From Lama guanicoe (lineage: Eukaryota): a DNA stretch of 64,000 bases. Both the position numbers and the translations under genes were made by a program. The stretch covers positions 13,630,373-13,694,372 of the forward strand of contig MU053881.1 in NCBI GenBank assembly GCA_013239625.1, written 5' to 3'. Of this stretch, positions 25,741 to 39,075 are shown piece after piece; position 1 is the first letter of the stretch; every line of letters starts with the position of its first letter. The notes beneath the pieces are model-generated. The model ran no database searches and was not told where the DNA came from. It saw only the letters and a list, made by a program, of their open reading frames with translations.

Positions 25741-28329
25741 TTCTGTTTCCATTAAGAATTAAAAAGTTGGCACCCTTTTATAGATTTGCTGACATATGTC
25801 CAAATGGGCCTCTGGAGAGTAGGTGTAGGACTCTCAGAATGGAGGAGTGTCTGTATACCGTCTTTGTGAGATCTCTTGAAGGCACTGCTGTTTACCTTAT
25901 TTGATTGGTTCATTGCACCAATCACTCATCAGCCTATCAATTTGGCTTTCAAAAGAGTCATTTCTCTCAAAGATGGAATAAGTCCTTCGGTATAAATTGT
26001 GTTTATCTAGTGCCCGTGCAGTCTTACGTTCATATGAGAAAGAATGATGATTGGACCAATATATTTTGAAGCCTATGATGATTCTTTTAGCCTACTGGTA
26101 TCTGCTTTGGGGCAGATCATGTATCTGAGCCAGGGTCACAAACTCGGATCTCCCCTGGGGCTGGTGGATTACTGGATAAAGACAATCTGCAAACGTGCCA
26201 TAGGGAAGAGTGGGCACTTAGAAAATCTGGAAAACGCGCATTCTCCTTAGAGACATTCAGACTCATATTTTTCAAGCCATGTGCTGACCAACTGAAAGGA
26301 GTGGTCGTTCAAATTCAGCCTCTGGTCCGATAGTTTGGCCCCTAAAAATATTAGTCTGTGTATAACTTGCTCTGTATGTAGCACGGACCAGCTCTTCAGA
26401 CAGGTAAAACACCCCAAAATTTTATTAAACATTTCATAATTAATGAACACCAGTCTTAAAAATGGTATGAGTTCAGTAGCAACATATATCAAATATTACA
26501 CTAATCATTCTTTAAATATCCAATAGTGTTTTCCAGAATTGAGAAAATTCGCCTTAGGAAATGACTAATCTTAGGTATTTATTTTCAAATGAGTCTGAGA
26601 TGGACATTCTACATTTCTCATGACTTGGCGTCTCTTCTTTGAAAAGCCCATTATTAGAGAAAGCAGTATAAAGATTGTACAGAGGGAATCTAGAAAGTGC
26701 TCTTTGTTGTTAAGTGGTTTGCCTACATAGTTTTTGTAGGATATTTTACTAATTATTACAAGAAACACAAGAGGTATACTTAACGTGTTCCCTGTTGTCA
26801 TGGAGTTTGCTGTTTGATGGAACATCCCTGCCAGTTGTGTAAAACAAAGGTGTTACATGAATTTGCTGTTCTAGACTTGACATAAATTTGTATTACTTTT
26901 AAATAAAAAGCCCTCCTACTATTTGTATATCCAAAGCATGACTTGCAGTATTTTTTGCAATAGTATTTTTAATTGCTCCCTTTTTTCTCATTACAAAATA
27001 CTTCACCATTTTCCTCTTGACCTCATTCAGTCTTAAAATAGATCGTAAGAGTGATGGTAAGTGCACTTACCATGTATTTAACACTCAGGATTGCAAGCCA
27101 TTGCTCTAATTGCTTCACAGACATCATTTAGTTTGATTTCTTATTGGCACTGCTATAAAATAGACATTTTCATCTACCTGTTACAGAAAAGGAGACTGAG
27201 AGAGGGCTGAATAACGTCCACAGTGTCGGAGAGCTAGAAATGCCAGGTCTCGATGTAAATCCAAGACTGCTTCCAAATATTATCCCACCTCTTTTCTAAA
27301 AATGTTACTTTTGTGTCTTTCAGAGTCGCAGTTGTAAATCCAGGAGACCGCTCCTGTTCTGTTACAAATCTTTCTTATTTCCCCAACTCATTAATCTTCT
27401 TGAAAATTTACAGTATCTCAGAGCGTTTCCTCTAACTGCGAACTGACTTTAACTCACAATTCTACTATCCTGTAATTGACTGCATTTTAAAGGCAGTCAA
27501 TCTTAATGACAACACCACGTCTAAGCTTTACCATAGTCTGAACGTTTCACTGACCTATATTATAGGAATGGTAGAGGGGTGTATTAGTCATTTAATTGGC
27601 TGTTACCATTGCTGAGTTTTAAATTATGCTTCCAAGGGAAATTGGCCTCACATGCGCACATCAGAACATCTGTTTCTAATCGTTAAACCATTCTTTTGTG
27701 ACTTTCTTGAATCAATGTTTAAAACCAAGTTTCCTGACATCATCACTCATGCTTGTGTGTGATGGCATGTTATCCAGCTATCCAGTTCCATATTATCCTT
27801 CAGCAACTCTCTATGCTAGATGCAGTTATTCCCATTTCAAAGACCAGCAGACCGGCCTTCTCAAGGGGCATAATTAGCAAACGGTGAGCGCTGGGGTTTG
27901 CACCCACGTCCGAATGGCTGAGTGACTCCCCGGACATGTTCTTTCCTCTCTGCTGCCCTGAAACCAAGAGAACTCATGTTCACACTTGGTTTTTTTTTGT
28001 TTTTTAATTTTTAAATTTTATTTTGACCTGTGTTCATTAGCCACATTGTTTCCCTTGAGGCTGTAATGAAAAATAATCTAAAATGTGAAGACATGCATTA
28101 GTGAGATGAAGGTTGCACTGAAACCCCCGCAGCTGTCCTGGCACCGGGCACGTGTGCTCACTGTTCCAGACTGAGCGGAATAAAGCCCTAACCTCCAGAG
28201 AGTTTTAGTTGAACCTTGGACAAAGTTACCATTGGTTCAGACCCGGGTGGGGCCTGTCACTCACTCTCTGTGTCAGTTGGAGTGAATCACTTCACGTCTC
28301 GGACACGTGCTTTCCTCATTTATACAATC

Positions 28330-28640
28330 ACAGGGGCTGCCTACCGTCAGCCCTGAGGACACGCCCCATCCGTAGAAGAATTTTCTTGGACTAATATAGT
28401 AGTTTTCTAAATTAAGGATGTTTTATTTTTAAATGTATATTTCCTAGTTACCATTTAGAAAAATCTAAATGTTAGAAACACTGGGCCTGACTTCCCACAT
28501 GACAACTGTCAGCTGAAGCCGAGACGGGGATACCCTGTTCCAACAGGGTGTGTTTTGCTCATTTCCGCACAGTTCCCACCATTCCCTGTTGCCTTACGTA
28601 GAGCTGACTCCTCCTGCTGCAGAACCCTTAAGCCTGACCC
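28330..28640 (-). mobile_element. hAT-Charlie DNA transposon remnant (MER103-like)
   Basis: cagggg terminus and aaaaatcta...aacactgggcc...ttcccacatgacaac motifs. Confidence 0.45.
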
Positions 28641-28689
28641 TCTCTCTGGGATCTGGCTTTGTGACACATCCATCAAATTTAAGTGTCAT

Positions 28690-29130
28690 GTGATATTAGT
28701 GCTTTGTTTCACATGTCATACTGTGCTCTGCAGTTTCCAGTGGATAAAAAGTCAACTAGCTGGCCTGGAACTGAAGGTCCACTGCTGTTGGCCTTCACCC
28801 AGCCTTTCGCCAGGGATGAGTCTCAACAAGTTTTCTTAGCACTCGTGTTGCTGGAGCCACTTTACCCAAGTGTCCTGGCTCTGAGCACATGCTCACACTG
28901 TTCTCTGCTGAGTGGAAAGCCCTCCGAGCCACAGTCTGTCTCGCAGAATCTTGCACATCCTTCATCACCTGATAGTGATGGCTCATCTTGATATTCCAGC
29001 CTTGTTCCCATCTCCCAGCTTGGAGGAAATGATAGCTCATCTTCCCCGCAATAACTACTTCACCTTCCAATTATCTCCCTTAGTGGAGCTCTTATAACCC
29101 AAGTTATTCATACTCAACACATAGAACTGT
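28690..29130 (+). mobile_element. L2 LINE fragment
   Basis: Pyrimidine-rich degenerate L2 3' region (ggataaaaagtcaa...tggcct...aaggtcc...tggaaagccct). Confidence 0.5.
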
Positions 29131-29386
29131 AATGATAATAGAGGTAAAGTTTGTAAGAATGCTTGCTCCATGCTAAGCGATGTCTGTGCATTGTTTCAAG
29201 TCCTCGCATCCATGCTAAGTGGTAGTGGTGGTTGTGCTGTTAGTCTTATGGGGGCTCAGAGAGTTAGGGCTTTGCTTTAGTTGCTGGAGTTTTGATCCAA
29301 GGTGACATAGCTAATATCTTCCCACATCAGTGCATCTCATATCTGTGCTTTGATCTGAAGGCTCTCAAGGCCAAAGACTACATCTT

Positions 29387-29668
29387 TTTTCTTATTTTTT
29401 TTTATTGAAGTACAGTCAGTTACAATGTGTCCATTTCTAGTGTACAGCACAAGGTCCCAGTCATGCATATATATATACATATATTTGTTTTTATATTCTT
29501 TTTCATTAAAGGTTATTATCAGATATTGAATATAGTTCCCTGTGCTCTACAGAAGAAACTTTTTTTTAAATCTATTTTTATAAACAGTGGCTAACATTTA
29601 CAAATCTCAAACTCCCAAATTTACCTTCCTACTCGCATTCCCCTGGTAACCATAAGATTGTTTACCAT
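29387..29668 (-). mobile_element. 5'-truncated L1 3' end with perfect 17-bp TSD
   Basis: Poly(T) followed by antisense L1 3' UTR (ttattgaagtacagtcagttacaatg...agttccctgtgct). TSD gccaaagactacatctt at 29370-29386 and 29669-29685. Confidence 0.93.
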
Positions 29669-32599
29669 GCCAAAGACTACATCTTAGTAATTGTATTAAA
29701 TACCTTCTTCAAGTCTTAGGAAGCACCATGCAGAATATAAGCTCTCTATGGACAAATTAATATTAATCAATTCCTTTATTGTTATTCAGGTGCATTACAA
29801 TTCAGAGGCTGAATACCTTTCTCACACTCATTGACCAAGTGATGATAAACTTGCAAACTCTAGGTTTTTAAATGTATAGATTATCCAACTCAAAATCCTT
29901 ATGTTCTCTCCCACTCCCTATCGGTGGGAGACGTGAGACATTGCATTCCTCTCAGGAATGGTATGTATTTGGCAATTATTAGTCTCTTCTTTTCCTGCGA
30001 GGAAAAGACAGTCTCATATGCTTTGGAGGGTGGGGTGGGTGTTAGGGAAGACCAGGACGCTATTGAGAGAACAAATACGGTCGGTTGTGTCACCGCGATA
30101 CAGTGTGTCTTAATCACTTAAAAATAATTGCTCTAGAAATAATTACTCATTAGCGGCATTATGGTGTTACACCACTGCAGATGCCTTAAGTAATGTGAAC
30201 GCTGAGCGTGACAACATTGGATGTTGCATCCCAGTGCTCTGAGAACGGTCCTCAACAATCCTGTTAGTAATTACCCGACAGAAGTATATCTTTACCTAGC
30301 CCTGGTTGTCATTAAGCCTGCGCGGAAATACTTTAATGTTTATAGGCTGTATGACACCTCTTCAGTTGTTTAATTACCTTTAGCAACTCCTCAAGTTGCC
30401 TGTTTTATTAAGCTAACATCCATTTCAAGCCAAATTAGCAAAGGTGTGCTCAGGCTGCAAGGGGATTTAGGCAGTGGCTTCAGTTGCTGGAAATTAAAGA
30501 CAGAGGCTGCTTTAGTGCACCAGAAAGTACAGACCGTCACTGGGACCGTCCTGGGGCCGTGCTCAGGGGTCTCCTCCCCATCACCCTGACAGACGAGCCT
30601 CTTCTTTACACATCATTTCCCGAAACGGAAGTCTACCATCCACCCTGGGGAGCTGTTTGATTATTTTATAGCCTTCACTATCAGCCACGTCATCTTTCTC
30701 TTTAACCTAAATCCTCTGTGTCCTTCGTGTTATAATTCATGGCCACAGCCTCCTGCTTGGACCACGGGAACAGTGGACCATCACTCCCGGGAGCCCTCCA
30801 TGTACATAGAGGCTGCTCTTTCATCCATCAGTCAGTTCTGTTCTCCAGCCAGAACAGCCGAGCTTATTCAGCCATTTGTTAAACAATTAATTTTCCAGGG
30901 TTTAATACTCTGTAACATTTTACTGAATTATGAAGCCATTTTGCCGTATTTTTTTAGAGAGAGAAACAAACAGAGAGACAGAGAAAGCAGGATGGTGGGC
31001 TGGGGAAAATATTCCAAGCATGGCCACTCTGTAACCTGGCTGTCCGTCTTCTCATTCTTCCAATCCTGTTCCCATCTCCCAGCTTGGAGGAAATGAAATT
31101 ACCCATATGAAAAAAGGCATTACACAGCTTTTCCTCCTGATACCTTCTATTATCGATTTTCATTTTTCACCCAGGAGTTGGATGTGCTTGTCTTCAGCCT
31201 TATCTTTTTGCGATGTGCTGTAATAATATGTCAGTGACCTGTATTGTAAATTGTCTATCATTTCCAGCAGAAGTGTTTATGTTCTTTTCTTGTGGGCCTT
31301 TTCTGTTTCTCTGAAATCTTTCTTTAAAATGAGCCCCAGGTTTCTTTTTTTTTAACGGTTCACTTTATTTTGCTTTAATTCTTTATTTAGTCAATTCAAC
31401 TTCTTACTCAGTATGCCATCATTTGGGTGCATGGGAATTTTTGTTTTCTTTCCCTCTGTTTTTCAAACTGCCCAGCATGAGAGATGTGTTTTGGTGAGAG
31501 CTTTTTAAGTGCTTTTTTTTTTTTTCCAACGTAGCTTCTAAATTGTTTGTGTTAATCAGTCTTCAGCTGTAAGGGGTTCTCTGAATTTCCGTTAAACGCT
31601 TCTGAAGAAATGAAGTGATTTTCACAAGGCAGAGGGAAGTTAGTCTTACTGCGTTTGGATGAGACTCTCAGGGTCATGCTTCCATAGTATTTTGAGTAAG
31701 TAATTGTTCAGAGGTCAAAAGGACCTTTTTGTATTACAGCAGCTCCTCTTCGTGTGTTGTCTCAAGGTCACACAGCAAGAGGCAAAATCAAGACAGACGT
31801 GCGCTCAGGACCACTCGTCTCCCAGGTGTCTGTCCTTGCCCTCTGTACCCCTACGTCTGCGAGTCTTCTGTGAGACAAGCAAGCACTGCGCTCACCCCTC
31901 CTCGCTGTCACATCACCATCCAGAAAGTCTGTACGGATTCATAATTCTCCTGGCAGCGTGCGTGCCTGAGAGGGGCTGTTTCCCTGCAGAATCTGTAGTA
32001 CTGAATATTATCATGACTTTCAGTTTTCGCTGATCAGATAGGCAATAATCCTCATGGTGTAACTTTTTTTTATCTTTTTTTCTTACATGATGGTTTTTAT
32101 TTTTAAATTTGGTTCTTCCGGTTTTATTGAGATATATGATTGACACGCAGCACCGTAGAAGTTTTTAATATAAACTTGTGGTTTCTCATGGTATGAAACA
32201 TCTTTCCCACAAATTTGGTACCTATGGTAGGTGAAAGACTTAATTCTTAAGTAGTAAAAATGCCACTGAGATGAGAATCTGGCTGTCGAGATCGGAGTGA
32301 CTGAAAGGTCTGAGATGGCAGTGTCGGTGGCTTTTATTGGAGTCTGAAGCACAAGCTGAGTTGCCAGTATGTGACAGGAGGCAGCTCTGAGTAATTTATT
32401 TTTCGTGTTTGAAAAAATAACAGCGGCAGTAACAAACAGTAAAACCCATTTTGCTTTACTGGTTGAGGTTATGACAATTGCAACCATGTACTGCAGGGGA
32501 AATGCGTCTGAGGGCATGTTGGAGGCTGAATCCACCACAGAACATGTTTCCCCGCTGACCTTTTAATAGAGTGTATCTTTTTCTTAGACATCATATGTC

Positions 32600-32850
32600 A
32601 GCTGCTCAAGGAAGGTGTGTGTGTGTGGAGGGGGTGATGGTAGAGGAGGGAGGTGGTTTAAAGGTCATTTCAGTCCCACGTGGGTTTCTCTGATGGCCAT
32701 ACTCCCGCCAGAACTTCCGTGTTGTTGGGCCAGCATCCAGCACCAGCCTCTTCCCTTGTCCAGTCCTGCTTCCTCTCCCTTTCTTCTGCAGGTGGTGATC
32801 CCTGATGAGCATCCTTCAGGGTCTGCTTCTGGAAAACCCAATTTCGCATA
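32600..32850 (+). mobile_element. ERVL solo LTR remnant (LTR16-like)
   Basis: ccagtcctgcttcctctccctt...ggtgatccc...gggtctgcttctggaaaaccca resembles the LTR16 3' end. Confidence 0.6.
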
Positions 32851-33202
32851 GATGCCCTGAGTCTCCTAGGGAGGCAGAAAATAATGAATAAGCAAATACA
32901 TACACAGACTAATTTCCAATAGTGACCAGTGTTATGAAGGGAATAGAAGGAGGTGGGACAGTCAGCAGCGGTCAGGGAGGAAGGACTGCTTTGGCCAGGT
33001 GGGGGGAGGAACCTTTTTAGATGGGCTGTGATGAACGGAGACTGGAGTCATCGGAAGGCAGCAGTTCATTTAAGTTCATTCATCCTCTCCCTCATCCCTA
33101 AAATCCCAAGACAAAGGACCCAGGAACGGAATGCTTTCAATTTTTTTTGACAGCCTCCCTAGAGACACTTCCGATTTTAAATACATTTCTGTAATATATT
33201 CT

Positions 33203-33592
33203 ATCAGTCAGGGGCCCAACAGGAAACAGATGGCATAGTGAAAATGGGCTAATTTGAGAAGAATGGAATAAAAGGGTAATGTACAAAGAGAAGGAACAGC
33301 ACCCCCTCCCTCACAGAGTTAGGACCAGCCATAGCCATAGCCGTTCACTCCCCAGCATCCCAGGCTTGGAGGGAAAGAGGAGGGAATAGTCAGGGACCTG
33401 GGACCTGGTTCCCCTGGTCTCACTGTCTCCCCTCCCCCAGACTCCTGGTCTGCTCCCTGTTGGCCAAATCCAGCCTGAGGCCAGAGAACCAGGGAGGCAG
33501 GTTTGAAGACACCATCTAGTGTCCAAGGCCACAAAGCTTGGCGGTTAAGGGTGGAGGGTGGATCTGGAGAGGCTAAGGAAGACACCCAGCAT
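33203..33592 (-). mobile_element. ERVL solo LTR remnant (LTR33-like)
   Basis: caggaaacagatggca...taatttgagaaga...aataaaaggg and gggtggagggtggatctggag...ccagca resemble the antisense LTR33 ends. Confidence 0.6.
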
Positions 33593-34939
33593 GGACGTGT
33601 AGTTGAGGTTTTAACCTAACACTGGAGTGGATGTGGAAGAAGTGACCGCAGACCCAGCTGAGGTTCCAACCTCAGTCTGTCCCCGACTAGCTATAAATTA
33701 AAAAAAAAAAAAGTTAGAAGGCTGAAATAAAATTGGAGAACTTATTCTGAAGTGTATATCTCTGATATGTCTGTTGCAAATCAAAATAAAATATTTTAAA
33801 TGTTTTAATGAATGCAGCGAAAAGTATCTGGCCTAGCTAAACGTGGTTTTAAATTGTGAAAACAAAACAAAACAAAAAAATCACTGTTGAAATCATTAGA
33901 GTCCCAGCTCTGTGTCTTTCCAGTTGGTGAGTGGTCCTGGTTCAATGAAATCTCTTAAAGTGATCTGAAGCCAGATTGCAGTTGTTAGGTTGTGAGTCAA
34001 AAAAAAAAAATCGCTTTTTCTCAGGGACCCAGGCTCCCTTTAAGAAATAACCTAGAAAGACGAGAGGGCAGTCTCATTGCTGAGATAAGCACGGGGTTTG
34101 TGGATGAGACCATCAGTAATATGGAGACTGACGGTAAACAAAGGACTGACTGTGGATCGGTGTGTCCCTGTCTACTAATACTCTGATTGAGTAGGATGTA
34201 CATGCTCACAGAATGAGATCTTGTTCGATGCTGCTGTTTGGATTCCATCGGCATGTTATTTAAGGAAATGCCTTTTATAATAATACCTGAATTTGTAGCA
34301 GAGAAGCGTCGCCTTTAATGGGTGGGGGTATCTTTGCAGAGAATAAAATTCCAGAAAAGCAGAGAGTCACAGAAAGCCACGCAGCTGCAGCAGAGTAGAA
34401 ATGGCTCTCATCTGAGAGGCACGGTTTATCAAATGGGAACATGATTGCTAACAATCTTACTTTTTTTTTTTTGGTGATTACAAAGTTGAGCAGAGGGGCA
34501 CGTGTGACGCTATATGAGGACTTGTGAAGGGCTTTTAAAAACAATTATGCCTGAGTGTCGGGGATTTTCATTTAAGCTGAAGGCCTCTGTGGAGGTAAAT
34601 CAAGAGCACAGGCTGGAAGGAAAGGGCTGGGGGAAACCTTCAATCAGGAGAGACTGTTACATGGGGCCCCTAGGGGAGAGGCCTGTGTTTGCTTGTCTAG
34701 GGTGGGCCGATCTACATAATTGGCTAAAAAAGACTGAGCAGCTGTGAAATACAGAGTTTGAATGTGTGGGTAAAACAAAATTACAAAATATACAGGGTCA
34801 CAGAACGTGAGATGTATTTTCATAGCATTATAGAATTTTCAGGCTCATTTGGGATCTAAGAAATCGGCCCGTCCTCCAGAGATGCCAGTGACTTTATCAA
34901 GGTCAACTAGCTAGTTAGTTACCGCCTGGTCGTTAAGTG

Positions 34940-35125
34940 TGTGGAGACAGCCTAGATTTAAGTCTCAACTCCACCACTCACTCTGCGACTTTTGGAGAAA
35001 ATTACTCCTACCATTCTGAGCCTCAGTTGTCTTACCTGTAAAATGGGACACCCCTCGTGTTAAATGAGATGATACATTTCAGTAATACTAGGTGTCTGGA
35101 ACATAGTGAGCAGTCAGTTAACTGG
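34940..35125 (+). mobile_element. MIR SINE
   Basis: ctgagcctcagttgtcttacctgtaaaatggga...ttaaatgagatgatacat...tggaacatagtgagca. Confidence 0.75.
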
Positions 35126-35280
35126 TGGTGTGTTTTTTTATTATCAAGAATACCAGAGCTGGGGTCACCTAACTCCTACAGCAATGTTCTGTCTACTCCA
35201 CAAAAAAACAAGAACATATCCCAAGAGGGGTATGTGTGAGAAATCAGTTTCCCAACTAAAATAGTTGTAAGATACAAAAT

Positions 35281-35396
35281 AATGTCAAGTCTTCTTGGAG
35301 ATATTAAAACAAAAAAAATTTAAGTACTTTTGGAGGAAAATGTCAAGTCTTCTTGGAGATATTAAAACAAAAAAAATTTAAGTACTTTTGGAGGAA
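35281..35396. repeat. Perfect 58-bp tandem duplication
   Basis: aatgtcaagtcttcttggagatattaaaacaaaaaaaatttaagtacttttggaggaa at 35281-35338 and 35339-35396. Confidence 0.97.
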
Positions 35397-35911
35397 GTGA
35401 TGCAGATGGACATATGAGCACTTTTCAAAATTTCTGTTAATACTCTCATGCTTAAAATCTAGCCATTGGAAGTTCCCCCCTAGCTGAAGTCTTTACTGTT
35501 TGTCTTACAGCTAGCAAAATGTGTATCAATACATTTTTTGATAATAGACCTTTTTTTAACATCCTAATTTTTCTCTGTTAGTGATGCCTACTGATACTAA
35601 AGATTTCCTTTGTTCTCTGTGATTAGAGGAAGTTGTGTGTTTAAGGAAATGTACATTTTGAACAAAGTAAAAGCATGCTGTGAATTAGCACAATATGTTT
35701 TAAATACAGTTGGGGATAAGGCATCTGATTTTCTTAAGAAATATACAAAGATGTTGAAAAAACAGTATGGGGATAGGGGTCTGGGATAACTGGGTGGTTG
35801 TCAAGATAAAGAAATCAAAGAGAGTAAAAGTCCAAAGTCACATCTTTATGATCCTTGGTTGAAATCCTGGTCAGTATGTCATGTGTTCAGGCCCATGTTT
35901 GACCATGTTAA

Positions 35912-35948
35912 CTAGCTCCTGAAGGCGCCCTAGCTCCTGAAGGCGCCC
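35912..35948. repeat. Perfect 18-bp tandem duplication
   Basis: ctagctcctgaaggcgcc occurs twice in tandem. Confidence 0.95.
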
Positions 35949-38429
35949 TTGCAGGGTCTGCTGGAAGACCCCAGTGTGTCCCGTTGATGATTCAGACTTA
36001 CTTCCGATTTGCTGGGGGTGGGGGAGGGGCAAAGACCTCTATTACTGCTTAATAACTATCTTTGGTCGTATTCAAACTTAGGCTGATACAGTAGCATCAT
36101 GAAATCTTAGGTAATGACAGTAGAACATATCAGTTATGGCTTTAATGCAAAATACTGGCATAACTATTGTATGTCTTGATTTTGTAGACGCCTTTAGCGA
36201 CTCTTAGAGCCATGTTACCTACTTAGTTTTCTTGCACTGTGTCAGTATTTTATGACATACATCATTTTTTGGATGACAGTGCCCAATGGCTAAGGATTAA
36301 AAATTTATCTAGAGATCTCTTATCCCAGTGGGGATGTTAGCATTCCCCAAAGGTGCAATGGTATTCAGCCCTGAAGAAGACACATGTCTTCTTTTAACTA
36401 CAGAGGACTTGCTCTCAGGTACATTCTGGAGGCATCATTGACTGTTTCCTCAGATTGAAAAACGGAGCTGTCTTCATATATGTCACAATGGTCTTGAAAC
36501 TGAATCAGGATCCCTGCCTAATGAGTCGCTGGCTTCCCTTCAAAGACTCCTGGTAGTGGTTTTGAGTAATTTAAGGCCCATTAAGGACACTTATCAGGAT
36601 TCAGAAAGGCATGTTCATGAAAAGCCCGTTAAGTATATTTGTTGTATTGACTTATTCCTAGAGAAGCTTAGCCCTGTTATAAATGAGAATGTCCCAGAGG
36701 ATAGATTTTGATGCTGATCATTGACCTTTTCTGAAAAAGATTCATTCCAGGGTAGCTTCTTCTATAAGGATGATTTTGACTTCTAAATTTATTTGAGAAT
36801 TTTTGTACATAAATTAGGCACTTAATACTGAGAATTGCTTCAGAATCCTCAGTTTGCGACTACTTAGGACCGTGGTTGTCTTTGTTCTGTGTTATTGTTG
36901 TTATTAATATTTTTTTTTATCTTGGGTTAGTGACACATGCCAGCACCTGGCAAAATGCTTGAGATACAAATAAGACGAAAATAGATGTGGTTCCTGATCT
37001 CACTGAGCACCTAGAAAACATGCAGGTTTATTACACATGTTGGTACATTGTCTTAAAATTTGTTGAAAACAGTTTCATAAACACATGGCATAATGATTCT
37101 CTTTGCACATCTATGTGCAATCGCGCTGGCACACGATTTACATAATATTTTATGGCTCTGCTTTGCTTAGAAGTGTGTAAATAGTCTATGTTTCTCCATG
37201 TGTACAAACATACATGTGAGTACTACCAAGTAACCACTGGTTAACTGAGTTATCACTGTATTTCCTAGTTAGCAATGAGCAATAACAGAAGATGCAGAAT
37301 ATTTTGAGTTACAGCTTTCTTCCTACTTTTTATCATCTCACAACCAAGCAGGAAGGCAAGTTTTTAATTCAACTTTTCAGGGGCAACTGAGTCTTGGAGA
37401 ATGTAATGTCTTATCCCATGTCATTCATCCTGGTCTATACAATCAGGATCCAAATGTATTGTTTTGGCTACAGAGTTTCTGCTTTAATCCAACAGGAGAC
37501 ACAAATGCTTATAAACATCAACTAGCACACATTTATAATTTTTTTTTAGTTTTGCGAAGTATATTATAGCATTAAAAAAGTGAAACATCAGTGTAATTGT
37601 GAATGTTGTTGATGTGAGAAAAACACTTTCTTCATACTTCATCTTTAAAACATGAGTAGAAACCCATTGCTTCTGCGTTAGCATTAGTCAATTTATTTTC
37701 TGGTTCACAACACTAGTTCACAGATGTTAGTTGCCATGAATATGCATCAGCAGAATGTGGGAACCACAACCTTAGGGGCAATTGCAAATTCCACCTCACT
37801 TACACAGTCGGGCATCTATTTATGGCTCTCCTCTTTTATCTTATGTGTTCCCTTGTACCTTTCATGTCTTTTGGGTTCATTCCATCAAATGAAGTGAATT
37901 TTCTCTAGAGTCTCAAGATGGAGATTGTATCTGCTGTCTTACGTAAATAGCATGAGAATTCCATATGCCCACCATGTGCCTAATTTTATTTCCTTTGAAC
38001 ATTTCTGTTTTACACCATACAGATTCCTGTATGTTAGTGGCAATTCAGATTGTATCTACATGGTAAAAAAAAATCAGTGGACTCATCAAAAATTTAGCCA
38101 AGTATCACATAGCCAAAATAAATTGTCCTTTTTAAAACTCTGAGTAAAGAATGTGACTGTTAATTTTTGTATAATTTTTAGAATTTATAATATATAGGTA
38201 ATTGATCAGTCCCATTGAAAGCAGAAACAATCAGGTTGATAACAAGAAAAATTCTGGTACTAGTTAATATAATGCTAATTAAATGGATTATAGTTTACTT
38301 ACTGTTGAAAATATGAAAAGAATCCCTAAAACCTAAGCCACATTTTAGTTTAAAGAGAAGAGAAATGATGCAATAAAGTCACCCTCCAAATGAAAGCAAA
38401 ACCAACGGCTTGACTCTTGTTAATTCATA

Positions 38430-39075
38430 TGTTATCCATTTAGTAGATATTTGCTGATTCCCTTATGCTAAGTAGAAAAAGCCTGTGTCTTTCAATGGCT
38501 TAAATTTTACTGGGAGAAATAGTTTTTACAAAAGAGAAATGAGCAAGATAATTTCATATTGTAATCACTGCTGGGGGGAAATGAACAGCTTAGACGGAGC
38601 ATTAGTAAAGGCAGCTGCTTCGGGTGGGCTGCTTAGAAAAGGTCTTTCGAAGGAGGTGAGTTTTGAGCTGGAGGACCAGCTGTGAGGTCAGAGAACACAT
38701 GTTCTAGGCAGAGAGAACAAAGGTGAAGGCTGGAAATAGTGAGTGAGGACTTGAGCGTCAGAAGGGAAGGAAGGGTCAGTGGATTCAGGGCACAGTAGGC
38801 AGTAGCCAAGACTGGGATTTTTTTGGAAGAGCCGCTAACATTTTTAAAGAGAAGAGATAAGATCTGATCTGTGCTTTTCAAACATCTGACTGCTGTGTGG
38901 ATCATGGGTAGCAGGGAGGCAGGTGGGGAGGCTGGGAGACCAAGATACTGTAGTAACATGGAGACGAAGCAATGGCCCCATAGATTCAGAAGGAGGCAGT
39001 GAAGATGAAAAAGGGCCAGGGCAGAGTAGCTGACTCCTGGTAAAGGAGAGGAAGAAACCTAGGATGAACACTAGC
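38430..39075 (-). mobile_element. L2 LINE fragment
   Basis: gaggtgagttttgagctg...gttctaggcagagagaaca...agatctgatctgtgcttttcaaacatctgactgctgtgtgga. Confidence 0.7.

Noticed and set aside
35281..35396. CRISPR-like or array-type repeat system
   Set aside because: Only two abutting copies with no spacers, in a mammalian intron with no cas genes.
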